Both the position numbers and the translations under genes were made by a program. From contig OZ024765.1 in assembly GCA_964016885.1 (NCBI GenBank), positions 1,860,001-1,924,000 on the forward strand: a stretch of 64,000 nucleotides of DNA. Reading direction: 5' to 3'. This document shows positions 39,420-52,603 of the stretch, one piece after another. Within the stretch, counting starts at the first letter, position 1; every line of letters begins with the position of its first letter. Origin of the DNA: Eledone cirrhosa. Its lineage: Eukaryota. A model generated the notes under the pieces. It was not told where the DNA came from. It saw only the letters and a list, made by a program, of their open reading frames with translations, and did not search any database.

Positions 39420-39674
39420 GAAAATGAACGAACAAAACACAGGAAGCAATTGTAAACAGTTATATTAGTTTCACGCTGGTGGAAATGAAGATATACACCC
39501 ATACACATATATACACAGACACACACATATATATATATATACACATACACACACATATATATATAGCTAGATATATGTAGTATATATATATATATATATA
39601 CATACATCATGGCTGCCCCCTCGTTATCGAATATGGTCATTGCACGATATAACATTATTAATAATTATTAAAGG

Positions 39675-39860
39675 TGGATTGGCAGTATCGGTAGAGGGTC
39701 GGACGCCATGCTTTCCAGCATAGTTATGTCCCTTTACGTTCTGAGTTCAAATCCCGCCGAGGTTAATTTTGTCTTTCATCCTTACCGGGTCGATAAAATA
39801 AAGTACCAGTAATACACTGGGGTAATTGCTGGCCTTGTGCCAAAAGTGGAAACAATTATT
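39675..39860 (+). mobile_element. Nin/Deu-domain-like tRNA SINE (family B); further copies near 775-850, 13598-13710, 16665-16848(-), 17020-17140(-), 44446-44630, 63440-63580
   Basis: B box gagttcaaatcc, central ctttcatcctt..gggtcgataaaataaagtaccag, tail ggccttgtgccaaaagtggaaacaattatt. Confidence 0.85.
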
Positions 39861-40251
39861 AATAATTATTAATTAATTCTATCGTGCAATGCCTGTGCGT
39901 GAAGATATTTTCTAAAGTGAGGAAAGACTGTGCACTGAGCCAATCCCACTCTCTCAGAGACAGTAGCTATAACCTGCAAAAAGAAGATCAACATCATCGG
40001 TAACTAGATAGTTACATATATATATATATATAACAAAGGAAATGTGGTAAGGCACCAGAGTACTCAATACTTAGGGTAGTAGAGTGGGTAATAGGAACAA
40101 GTAGGACCCCGACGGCAGAGCTCAAGCCGTTTCAATGGCTAATTCTGGGAAAAAAAAAATTTTTTTTTAGTCCAGAATTAGCCGTCGAAACGGATTGAGC
40201 TCTGCCGTCGGGGTCCTACTTGTTCCTATATATATATATATATATACATAC

Positions 40252-40315
40252 CAATATAGATACAGCTGAGGGTCCAAAGGTTATCCAATGAAAGCTACTA
40301 GTTTCTACCCAACAT
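40252..40315 (-). CDS. Class B1 GPCR ECL2/TM5 exon (R-CWVETSSFHWITFGPSAVSIL)
   Basis: 64 nt, pyrimidine tract + tacag acceptor, gtatgt donor. Conserved ECL2 CW and TM5 GP motifs. Phase-compatible with both neighbours. Confidence 0.92.
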
Positions 40316-40494
40316 CTGTAATAGAGAAGGAAACACCATTATCACACTGTATCACTGGCTGGCTGTCTGTCTGTCTGTCTGTCTCTATGTATGTCTGTCT
40401 GTCTGTCTCTATGTATGTCTGTTAGTTTGTCTATCTTTTAGTCTGTCTGTATGTCTTAGTTTTGGGGGTAAACATGGCATTGGGCACATCATTT

Positions 40495-41047
40495 CCACCA
40501 CCACCACTACCATCACCACCACCACCACCACCATCATCACCAACATCTACCCTCTCCCCACCACCACCACCACCACCGCCATCACCACAGACATCTGTAC
40601 CACCACCTCACCACTCTCCCAACAGCACCACACCACCACCACCACAGACATCTGTACCACCACCACCACCACGACCACCATCACCACAGACATCTGTACC
40701 ACCACCATCACCACCATCACCACCATCCCTACCAGAACCTCCACTACCACCACCACCACCACCACAGACATCTGTACCACCACCTCACCACTCTCCCAAC
40801 AGCACCACACCACTACCACCACCACCACCACCACAGACATCTGTACCACCACCTCACCACTCTCCCAACAGCACCACACCACTACCACCACCACCACCAA
40901 CACCAGACATCTGTACCACCACCACCACCACCACCACGACCACCATCACCACAGACATCTGTACCACCAACAGACTTCTGTACCACCACCATCACCACCA
41001 TCACCACCATCCCTACCACCACTACCACTACCACCACTACCACCACT
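40495..41047. repeat. (CCA)n tract with recurring cagacatctgtacc units
   Basis: Direct inspection. Confidence 0.9.
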
Positions 41048-41285
41048 TCTGTCAGCCCAGAGACTATCAGAAAGATAACCCAACCATCCTTCTACCATTC
41101 AAAATAAAGGGCAGGATGGTATCCCTCCACCCTTCCACAATCCCAGCTGCCACTGGTTGATAAAAGAGGTATATTAGGTGGAGGTGGCTGAGAGATTGAA
41201 CTTTTGCAGAGAAAGGAAAGATTCTAACTCTTAACATCCTGTTCCACATGAAACCACACCAGTAAGATATTCTTGAAAAATGCAC

Positions 41286-43407
41286 ACATTAAATATTAAA
41301 GTCTTTACTGTAATACTGTAAATATTCACAACAATCTGTCCACCAGTAAAGATACTATAAACATTTAGTACAAAACAACACTATGACTACATCACATTAA
41401 ATATTACAGTCTTTACTGTAATACTGTAAATATTCACAACAATCTGTCCACCAGTAAAGATACTATAAACATTTAGTACAAAACAACACTATGACTACAT
41501 CACATTAGATATTACAGTCTTTACTGTAATACTGTAAATATTCACAACAATCTGTCCACCAGTAAAGATACTATAAACATTTAGTACAAAACAACACTAT
41601 GACTACATCACATTAGATATTACAGTCTTTACTGTAATACTGTAAATATTCACAACAATCTGTCCACCAGTAAAGATACTATAAACATTTAGTACAAAAC
41701 AACACTATGACTACATCAGATTAAATATTAAAGTCTTTACTGTAATACTGTAAATATTCACAACAATCTGTCCACCAGTAAAGATACTATAAACATTTAG
41801 TACAAAACAACACTATGACTACATCACATTAAATATTAAAGTCTTTACTGTAATACTGTAAATATTCACAACAATCTGTCCACCAGTAAAGATACTATAA
41901 ACATTTAGTACAAAACAACACTATGACTACATCACATTAAATATTAAAGTCTTTACTGTAATACTGTAAATATTCACAACAATCTGTCCACCAGTAAAGA
42001 TACTATAAACATTTAGTACAAAACAACACTATGACTACATCACATTCAATATTACAGTCTTTACTGTAATACTGTAAATATTCACAACAATCTGTCCACC
42101 AGTAAAGATACTATAAACATTTAGTACAAAACAACACTATGACTACATCACATTAAATATTAAAGTCTTTACTGTAATACTGTAAATATTCACAACAATC
42201 TGTCCACCAGTAAAGATACTATAAACATTTAGTACAAAACAACACTATGACTACATCACATTAAATATTAAAGTCTTTACTGTAATACTGTAAATATTCA
42301 CAACAATCTGTCCACCAGTAAAGATACTATAAACATTTAGTACAAAACAACACTATGACTACATCACATTAAATATTAAAGTCTTTACTGTAATACTGTA
42401 AATTTTCACAACAATCTGTCCACCAGTAAAGATACTATAAACATTTAGTACAAAACAACACTATGACTACATCACATTAAATATTAAAGTCTTTACTGTA
42501 ATACTGTAAATATTCACAACAATCTGTCCACCAGTAAAGATACTATAAACATTTAGTACAAAACAACACTATGACTACATCACATTAAATATTAAAGTCT
42601 TTACTGTAATACTGTAAATATTCACAACAATCTGTCCACCAGTAAAGATACTATAAACATTTAGTACAAAACAACACTATGACTACATCACATTCAATAT
42701 TACAGTCTTTACTGTAATACTGTAAATATTCACAACAATCTGTCCACCAGTAAAGATACTATAAACATTTAGTACAAAACAACACTATGACTACATCACA
42801 TTCAATATTACAGTCTTTACTGTAATACTGTAAATATTCACAACAATCTGTCCACCAGTAAAGATACTATAAACATTTAGTACAAAACAACACTATGACT
42901 ACATCACATTAAATATTAAAGTCTTTACTGTAATACTGTAAATTTTCACAACAATCTGTCCACCAGTAAAGATACTATAAACATTTAGTACAAAACAACA
43001 CTATGACTACATCACATTAAATATTAAAGTCTTTACTGTAATACTGTAAATATTCACAACAATCTGTCTACCAGTAAAGATACTATAAACATTTAGTACA
43101 AAACAACACTATGACTACATCACATTAAATATTAAAGTCTTTACTGTAATACTGTAAATTTTCACAACAATCTGTCCACCAGTAAAGATACTATAAACAT
43201 TTAGTACAAAACAACACTATGACTACATCACATTAAATATTAAAGTCTTTACTGTAATACTGTAAATATTCACAACAATCTGTCTACCAGTAAAGATACT
43301 ATAAACATTTAGTACAAAACAACACTATGACTACATCACATTAAATATTAAAGTCTTTACTGTAATACTGTAAATTTTCACAACAATCTGTCCACCAGTA
43401 AAGATAC
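41286..43407 (+). repeat. 108-bp AT-rich minisatellite (about 19.6 homogeneous copies)
   Basis: gtctttactg recurs at 41301 and 41409. Confidence 0.97.
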
Positions 43408-43954
43408 TGGTGGTGGTGGAAGTAGTGGTAGTGTGGTGGTGGTGATGCTATGGTGGTGTGGCAGTGCTGGTGGTGGTTTGGTGGTGATGGGGGTAGTGGT
43501 GGTAGTTATAGAGGAGGTGGTGATGGTAGTGGTGGTGGTAGTGGAGGAGGTGGTGATGGTGGTGGAGGTGGTGATGGTGGTGTAGGTGATGGTGGAGGTG
43601 GTGGTAGTAGTGGAGGAGGTGGTGATGGTGGTGGAGGTGGTGGTAGTGATGGTGGTAGTGTAAATATCTGAAATATGTGGAATATTTTCCAAGAACCAAG
43701 AATAACTGTTTAGGGTCAAAGTTGAGGTGACACCACTCCAACCCTGCCATACACATATATATACACATATATATATACATACATACATACATGCGCATAC
43801 ATACATATGTATACATATATACATACAGATATAAACATACACATACATACACATATGCACGTACAGATAAAACCATATATACAACTACGCACACACATGT
43901 ATATGTTATAAATATATATGTATATATAAATATATATACATACACACACACATA

Positions 43955-43991
<37 letters not shown>

Positions 43992-44877
43992 TATATGTAT
44001 ACATATGTATATATACATACACACACATATATAAGGGTTAAAGTGTTTATATTTATCTATAAACCGTCCATCATAATTTTATGTAAGAACCTTTGTTAAG
44101 TTATGTTCCAAACACCAAGTTAATAAGACAGTGTCTTTCATTAGAAATATGGTAACGAAAGGGTTAAAGTGTTTATATTTATCTAAAAATCTTCCATAAT
44201 AATTTTATGTAAGAACCTTTGTCGAGTTATGTTCCAAACAACAAGTTAATAAGACAGTGTCTTTCATTAGAAATATGGTAATGAAAGGGTTAAAGTGTTT
44301 ATATTTATCTATAAACCTTCCATCATAATTTTATGTAAGAACCTTTGTTAAGTTATGTTCCAAACCTCAGGTTCATAAGACAGTGTCTTACATTAGTAAT
44401 ATGGTAATGAAAGGGGTACCATGTTTATATTTATCTAAAAATCTTGGATTGGCAGTATCGGTAGAGGGTCAGACGCCATGTTTTCCCGCATAGTTATGTC
44501 CCTTTACGGTCTGAGTTCAAATCCCGTCGAGGTTAACTTTGCCTTTCATCCTTACAGGGTCGATAAAATAAAGTACCAGTAATACACTGGGATAATTGCT
44601 GGCCTTGTGCCAAAAGTAGAAACAATTATATTAAATCTTTGCATTTGTTTTGCAAGAATCATGTTGAAATAGATATAGCTATATTCGCGGTTGGTCATTT
44701 TGCCAATAAAAATACATAGCATTATTCAAATTTCTCCTCAACGTTATTAATAGTGATTAATTCGTTAAGGTTCTTTTGTCACACATGTGTGACGTCATCA
44801 ATGGAATTTGTTGTTGTTCCTTTTTGTGTTTGCTATTTTTTTTTTTGGTCTTAATCCGTTTTAGAAAAAAAACAGAT

Positions 44878-45220
44878 AGAAGAAGAAGAAGGCAAAGAAG
44901 AAGAAGAAGAAGAAGAAGAAGAAGAAGAAGAAGAAGAAGAAGAAGAAGAAGAAGGCAAAGAAGAAGAAGGCAAAGAAGAAGAAGAAGGCAAAGAAGAAGA
45001 AGAAGAAGAAGAAGAAGAAGAAGAAGAAGAAGAAGAAGAAGAAAAAGAAGAAGGCGAAGAAGGCAAAGAGGAAGAAGAAGAAGAAGAAGAGGAGGAAGAA
45101 GAAGAGGAAGAAGAAGAAAAAGTAGAAAAAGAAGAAGGCGAAGAAGGCAAAGAAGAAGAGGAAGAAGAAGAAGGCGATGAAGCCAAAGAAAAAGAAGAAA
45201 GCAAAACGAAGAAGAAGAAA
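44878..45220. repeat. (GAA)n polypurine tract
   Basis: Direct inspection. Confidence 0.95.
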
Positions 45221-45917
45221 TGACACTGCAGAGGTCATATACTGTGTGACAAAAGAGTTGTGACAAACTTACTAATAATTAATATTGAAGCTGTCATTAT
45301 AATTTCCTATTAAATTCCAAACACCAACTTAATAACGAGAAAGTTAATTATATTACTAAATCACTTCAAATTCTTGAATATTTTCAAAATTATTTGAAAT
45401 TCTTAAGACAGTGACTTTTATTAGAAATATTATAATGAAAAGCCTTCCATCATAATTTTATATAAGAACCTGTGTTAAGTTATGTTCCAAACACTAAGTT
45501 AATAAGACAGTGTCTTTCATTAGAAATATGGTAATGAAAGGGTTAAAGTGTTTATATTTATCTAAAAACCTTCCATCATAATTTTATGTAAGAACCTTTG
45601 TTAAGTTATGTTCCAAACACCAGGTTAATAAGACAGTGTCTTTCATTAGAAATATATGTAAGAACCTTTGTTAAGTTATGTTCCAAACACCAGGTTAATA
45701 AGACAGTATCTTTCATTAGAAATATGGTAACGAAGAGTTAATTCCATCGATTATGCAAATACCTTCCAATTTCTAATTAATATTGTAATCAGAATTGGGT
45801 GGGGTGGGGGGAGTAATTGACAGACTCATTAGAATATGTTGTTGTTGTTGGTGTTGTGGTATGGGGTATGATGGTGTTGGTGGGGTGGTGTGGCCGTTGT
45901 TGGTGTTGGTGGGAGTG

Positions 45918-46810
45918 TTGGTGGTGGTGGTGGTGGTGTTAGTATTGGTGGTGGTGGTGGTGGTGGTGGTGTTAGTATTGGTGGTGGTGGTGGTGTTAGT
46001 ATTGGTGGTGGTGGTGGTGCTGGTGTTAGTATTGGTGGTGGTGGTGGTGTTAGTATTGGTGGTGGTGGTGGTGCTGGTGTTAGTATTGGTGGTGGTGGTG
46101 GTGCTGGTGTTAGTATTGGTGGTGGTGGTGGTGTTAGTATTGGTGGTGGTGGTGGTGTTAGTATTGGTGGTGGTGGTGGTGCTGGTGCTAGTATTGGTGG
46201 TGGTGGTGGTGTTAGTATTGGTGGTGGTGGTGGTGTTGGTGTTAGTATTGGTGGGGATAGTAGGGGTGGTTATAGTGGTGCTAGTATTGGTGGTGATGGT
46301 GGTGTTAGTATTGGTGGTGGTGGTGGTGGTGGTGTTAGTATTGGTGGTGGTGGTGGTGGTGTTAGTATTGGTGGTGGTGGTGTTAGTATTGGTGGAGGGA
46401 GTGGGGTGGGGGGTGTTAGTATTGGTGGTGGGGGGGGTAGTATTGGTGGTGGTGGTGGTGTTAGTATTGGTGGTGGCGGTGTGAGTATTGGTGGTGGTGG
46501 TGTTGTTAGTATTGGTGGTGGTGGTGGTGTTAGTATTGGTGGTGGTGGTGTTAGTATTGGTGGTGGTGGTGGTGGTGGTGTTAGTATTGGTGGAGGGAGT
46601 GGGGTGGGGGGTGTTAGTATTGGTGGTGGTGTTAGTATTGGTGGGGGGGGGGTTAGTATTGGTGGTGGTGGGGGGGTTAGTATTGGTGGTGGTGGTGGTG
46701 TGAGTATTGGTGGTGGTGTTAGTATTGGTGGTGGTGGTGGTGTTAGTATTGGTGGTGGTGTTAGTATTGGTGGTGGTGGTGTGAGTATTGGTGGTGGTGG
46801 TGTTGTTAGC
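45918..46810 (+). repeat. (GGT)n-GTTAGTATT variable minisatellite
   Basis: gttagtatt followed by variable GGT runs. Confidence 0.92.
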
Positions 46811-47514
46811 ATAGATTAAATCAACAATGCTAACAACACCACATATATATATATATAATATATATATATATGTAGTAAGGTTGCTGGGGTGCGTCCATAG
46901 GCGGTAAGCTGGTTGAGCACTCTATGTCCTTCAGAGCAGAGTATAATAATATGGAAAACGAAGAATCAGTGATACATCAGAACACAATTTATTAACATAT
47001 TACAATTGTTTCTCCGGTGAACGGCTCGAGGTGCGATCTGTTTGTGGATTGAACCTGACTCTGGATTCACTGCTTCGAAGCCACTAGATGTTTTGAGGAA
47101 CTTGCGAGAGTCAGGTTTGATCCACAGACAGATCGCACCTCAAGCTGTCCGCCGGAGAAACAATTGTAATATGTTAATAAATTGTGTTCTGATGCATCAC
47201 TGATTCTTCGTTTTCCATATTAAATGTATCATCATCATCATCATCATCATCATCGTTTAACGTCTATCTTCCACGCTAGCATGGTTTAGACGGGAGTTGT
47301 CCCACTTGAGGCAAGATTGGTCGGGTGACCATGTCTCGCTCGTATAGGACTGTATCTGGCAGTTTTTCTACGGCTGGATGCCCTTCCTAACACCAACCAC
47401 ATTTACAGTGAGGACTGGGAGCTTTTTACCATGTTATATACATATATATATATATATAAATATTCTGCCTCTTAAAACAACGGGTTGTGTACTAGTATAT
47501 ATATAACAACTTAC

Positions 47515-47581
47515 CTCAATGTGTGATCCTTATATTGGGATCGGACCACAGCATAGATTATTGTCAGTATTAGTGGAACCC
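47515..47581 (-). CDS. Class B1 GPCR TM4 exon (G-VPLILTIIYAVVRSQYKDHTL-R)
   Basis: 67 nt, tttcag/gtaagt. Phase 1 in and phase 2 out, matching both neighbours. Completes the GWGxP motif. Not in the ORF track. Confidence 0.92.
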
Positions 47582-48266
47582 CTGAAAGTATAGAGGTAGT
47601 AATTAGCATTAATTAATAATAATTAGAATTCAACATGTAGGAATTATCAAGCTAGCATGGGTTAGACAGGTTTGTCCCATTTAGAGATAAGTTGGGTTGA
47701 GTGACCATGTCTTGCTCATATAGGAGTGTTTCTGGTTAGTTTTCCATGGCTGGATGCCCTTCCTAGTGCTGACCACATTTACAGTGTGTGCTGGATGTTT
47801 TGTGGTACCAACATAATATATGTATGTATATATATATATATGTATGTATATATCATCATCATCATCATCATCATCACCGTTTTACGTCCGTTCTTCCACG
47901 CTAGCATGGGTTAGACGGGTTGTCCTGTTGTGGGCAGTGTCTGGTCGGCTGACCATGCCTTGCTCATACAGGAACTGATCTGGCTTGGTTTCTACAGCTG
48001 GATGCCCTTCCTAACACCAACCTCATTTACAGTGAGTGCTGGGTGCTTTTTCGTGGCGCCTACACGTCCACTTTACAGTGTGGGCTGGGTGCTTTTTTGC
48101 CGTGGCACCTCCACGACCACCTTGCGGTGGGGGGGGGGGGCATATTGTTTATATGCTTCAGCATGTACCCATGGGAGGTCGGGTACCCTGTATTACTGCG
48201 TGACGCCAGAAGTCACGGTCGTGTGTCATTGACTTTGACATATATATATATATATATATATGTATG

Positions 48267-48364
<98 letters not shown>

Positions 48365-48487
48365 CATCATCATTTTACGTCCGCTTTTCCCTGCTTGCAA
48401 GGGTTATATATATATATATATATACATGATATATATCATCATCATCATCATCTTCGTTTAATGTCCATTTTCCACGCTAGCATGGGT

Positions 48488-48525
<38 letters not shown>

Positions 48526-48812
48526 GTATATATATATATATTATGTATATATATATATTATGTATATATATATATTATGTATATATATATATATATATAT
48601 ATATAATGTATATATATATATATATCATGTATATATATATATATATCATGTATATATATATATATATACATGATATATATATATATACATGATATATATA
48701 TATAGATATATACATAATATATATATACATAATATATATAAATATATATATACATAATATATATAAATATATGTATATATACATAATATATATATACATA
48801 ATATATATATAC

Positions 48813-48858
<46 letters not shown>

Positions 48859-48880
48859 TATATGCATATATACATATATA

Positions 48881-48918
<38 letters not shown>

Positions 48919-50135
48919 CAAATACATATATATATACATATACATATACATATACATATATATACATACTTATACATATGCATATATATATACATACATA
49001 TACATATATACATACATATACATATATACATATATATTCATATACACACACACATATATATATGAATATATATTTATAAATATATATACTGTCCAAACCC
49101 ATGCAAGCGTGGAAGATGGACGTTAAACGATGATGATGATGATATACCAAAGATTAATATGGTTCGTTGATTATTCAACAAATACAATTTTACAATAGAT
49201 TAGAAGCACCTATATATATACATATATATAATATAAAAAGTAAACAAACAGAAATAATATAGCAAACAATGCAGTAAAATTAGTTTAATGCTTGAAATTA
49301 TAGGAAAAGAGCGAGAAAAAAAAAAAAAAAAAAATTAGAAAAATCACACGTTCATATTCAGTCAACCATTTTAAGGCTAAAAATACATAATTCTATTTGT
49401 ATGTAGAAAAAGCTATATATGAGCGTATATATGACTGTTAAATAGTTTTATACAGAGTTCAATGTGTTTATGTACTAATGGTTGGAAAAAAAAAATCTAT
49501 CTTAGAAATAATTTTTCATGCACAGAGTTGCTGAAGCATAGAACAAAATTCATGCATCAGTTGTTAACTATCTGGAACACTGCATCCTTCAAAACTTCCA
49601 TGTTTCTAGAAATTTGCCAACATTATCTTACCAACTCAGCCAAGATTGGCTCTGATTCTATGAAATAAAACCACCCATTTTAAAGGTTTCCAATTTAAAT
49701 TAAAATCTTCCAACATAATTTTATATAAGAACCTTTCTTTAAGTTACTATTTTACCAACCTGGTCAAAACCAGCTCTGGTTCTATGAAATAAAACCACCC
49801 ATTTATAGTAATTTTAAGACTAAAATCCAAAGAGGGTTCGATAAGGATGAATATATATCAAATATATAAGAACCCTAGAGCAAATATTTATTAAAATAAC
49901 AGATTAAAGTTTAAGCAAAGAATTGCTGCTTTCACCCTTACTACTACTACTGCTACAACTACTGCTACAACTACTACTACTACTACTACTATTTATATAT
50001 AACAACACTTGTTAAATAAGAGTTCAATGTACTATATATAACTATATCCAACTATATCTAACTATATATAACTATATTATTCAAAATATTAACAAATGAA
50101 AAATATTCTCATAATCAAAATATATGCTTTATTAT

Positions 50136-50210
50136 ATATATTTCAAAGGTACTGTGTTGTTTTTTCAGTACGTCCTCATCAGACAAAATATATGATTTGA
50201 TATGACATAC
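50136..50210 (-). ncRNA. Type III hammerhead-like motif (same family as 35440), within a fold-back
   Basis: GUAUGUC-AUAUCAAAUCAUAUAUUUUGU-CUGAUGA-GGACGUACUG..CAGUACCUUU-GAAA-UAUAU. Partial mirror copy on + at about 50272-50325. Confidence 0.55.
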
Positions 50211-50486
50211 CGCTACGGTCTTGATTATTCAATTCCAGTACTGGCAGTACTGGAATTGAATAATCATATACTTTGTCTGATGAGGACGTACTGAAAAAAA
50301 AAAACACAGTACCTTTGAAATATATATAATAAAGCATATATTTTGATTATGAGAATATTTTTCATTTGTTAATATTTTGAATAATATTAAAAACTCCAGG
50401 AAAACCTTGTTGAGTGCTTCTAATCAATTGTAAAATTGTATTCATTGAGTAATCAACGAACCATACTAATCTTTGGTCATATATCA

Positions 50487-50746
50487 CTTTGATCACCTTG
50501 ACCGACCAGTCTGTCAGGCGCCAATCGGCACCGCTGGTCACAGCACGTCGTGCTGTTTTAACCATAAGATAACGCCATCCCACTGGCTGGGCGGGCAGGC
50601 TGGTACTCATTTCTACAGCTGAGTAAACTGGAGCAATGTGAAATAAAGTGTCTTGCTCAAGGAAACAACACATCACCTGGTCCGAGAATTGAACTCACAA
50701 CCTTTCGATTGCAAGCCCAATGCTCTAACCACTAAGCCATGTGCCT
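50487..50746 (-). mobile_element. SINE with a family A head but a different 3' body
   Basis: Head matches family A to about 50606, then the sequence diverges (gagtaccagcctgcccgccc...ggtcaaggtgatcaaagtga on minus). Confidence 0.75.
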
Positions 50747-51027
50747 TTGGTCATATAACTATATATACTCAATATTGAAATGTAGTTAGATGGCTTCTGT
50801 CACTGATAAATGCTGATCCTGAATGTTTCAGATAGAATTTCAACCGTTTCACATTGGATGAATATAATTTCACTTTGATGAAATAATTATACAAGATGTC
50901 ACTGATGTCAGGTGGAACTGGTTAGAACTGGTTGAAACTGGTGGGAACTGGTTGGAGGATGGTTGGTTGTCTTGTCTTTTAGTTGGTGTTGTTTTTGTTG
51001 CTTCCATGATAATGATTGACTGGGTAT

Positions 51028-51375
51028 GGTACTACTGCTACTACTACTGCTACTGCTGCTACTACTACTGCTGCTACTACTGCTACTGCTGCTACTGCTG
51101 CTGCTGCTACTACTGCTACTGCTGCTACTACTACTGCTGCAACTACTGTTACTACTGCTACTGATACTGATACTACTACTACTGCTACTACTATTACTGC
51201 TACTACTATTACTGCTACTACTGCTACTACTACTACCATAACTACTATTACTACTGCTGCTGCTACTACTACTACTACTACCATAACTACTACTACTACT
51301 GCTGCTAATACTACTATTGCTACTGCTGCTGCTACTACTACTACTACTACTGATGCTACTACTACTACTACCATA

Positions 51376-51407
<32 letters not shown>

Positions 51408-52132
51408 CGTTACTTCTAATATTACTACTAATATTATTACTACTACTACCACCACCACTACTACCAGTACTTCTATTACTACTGTTGCTACTACTACTAC
51501 TTATACTACCACCCCTACTACCATCACCACAACAACAACAATCATCACCACCACCATCACCACCACAACGACCACCACCACAACAACAATCACCACCAAC
51601 ACCACCACCACCACCGCCAACACCACCACAACAACAACAATCCCCACCACCGCCAACACCACCACAACAACCACAACCACCACCACCACCACCGCCAACA
51701 CCACCACAACAACAACAATCACCACCACCACAACAACCATAACCACCACCACCACCAACACCACCACAACAACAACAATCACCACCACCACCATCACCAC
51801 CACAACGACCACCACCACAACAACAATCACCACCAACACCACCACCACCACCGCCAACACCACCACAACAACAACAATCACCACCACCGCCAACACCACC
51901 ACAACAACCACAACCACCACCACCACCACCGCCAACACCACCACAACAACAACAATCACCACCACCACAACAACCATAACCACCACCACCACCAACACCA
52001 CCACAACAACAACAATCACCACCACCACAACAACCACAACCACCACCACCACCACCACCACTGCCAACACCACCACAACAACAACAATCACCACCACCAC
52101 CACCACCACCACCACCACAACAACAACAACAA
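51028..52132. repeat. (ACT/GCT)n then (ACC/ACA)n tracts
   Basis: Direct inspection. Confidence 0.95.
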
Positions 52133-52299
52133 AGGTTTCTGAAGATCTTAATTTAAATTGGAAGCTTTTAAAATTTGGTAATTTACTTTCATGGAACCAG
52201 AACTGGTTTCAACTAGTTTGGCATCGAAATGGTTCATGAAGAATTTTAAGACATTAGAATTTTTTTCATCACTCTGGCGTGTATGTGTGTGTGTGTATA

Positions 52300-52347
<48 letters not shown>

Positions 52348-52603
52348 TTATAATGTGTGTGTATACATTTATAAGTATGAGTATATACATATAAACTTGC
52401 ATGCAGATACACTTACAAAAATATACACACAGACGTAGGTACGTGTGTGTGTATATTTTTGTAAGTGTATCTGTGCATGCAAGTTTATATGTATATACTC
52501 ATACTTATAAATGTATACACACACATTATAACACACATACACACACATATATATATATACACACACATACCAGAGTGATGAAAAAAATTCTGTCTTAGTC
52601 AAG

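Noticed and set aside
45890-46819. Gly-rich GGGGVSI-repeat ORF resembling a structural protein
   Set aside because: No ATG start or signal peptide, open in other frames too, antisense within an intron. Explained by GGT slippage.
51016-52239. Thr-rich mucin-like ORF (also poly-Pro/Thr ORFs at 30619-32166 and 40462-41160)
   Set aside because: Pure trinucleotide tracts with no domain or splice context.
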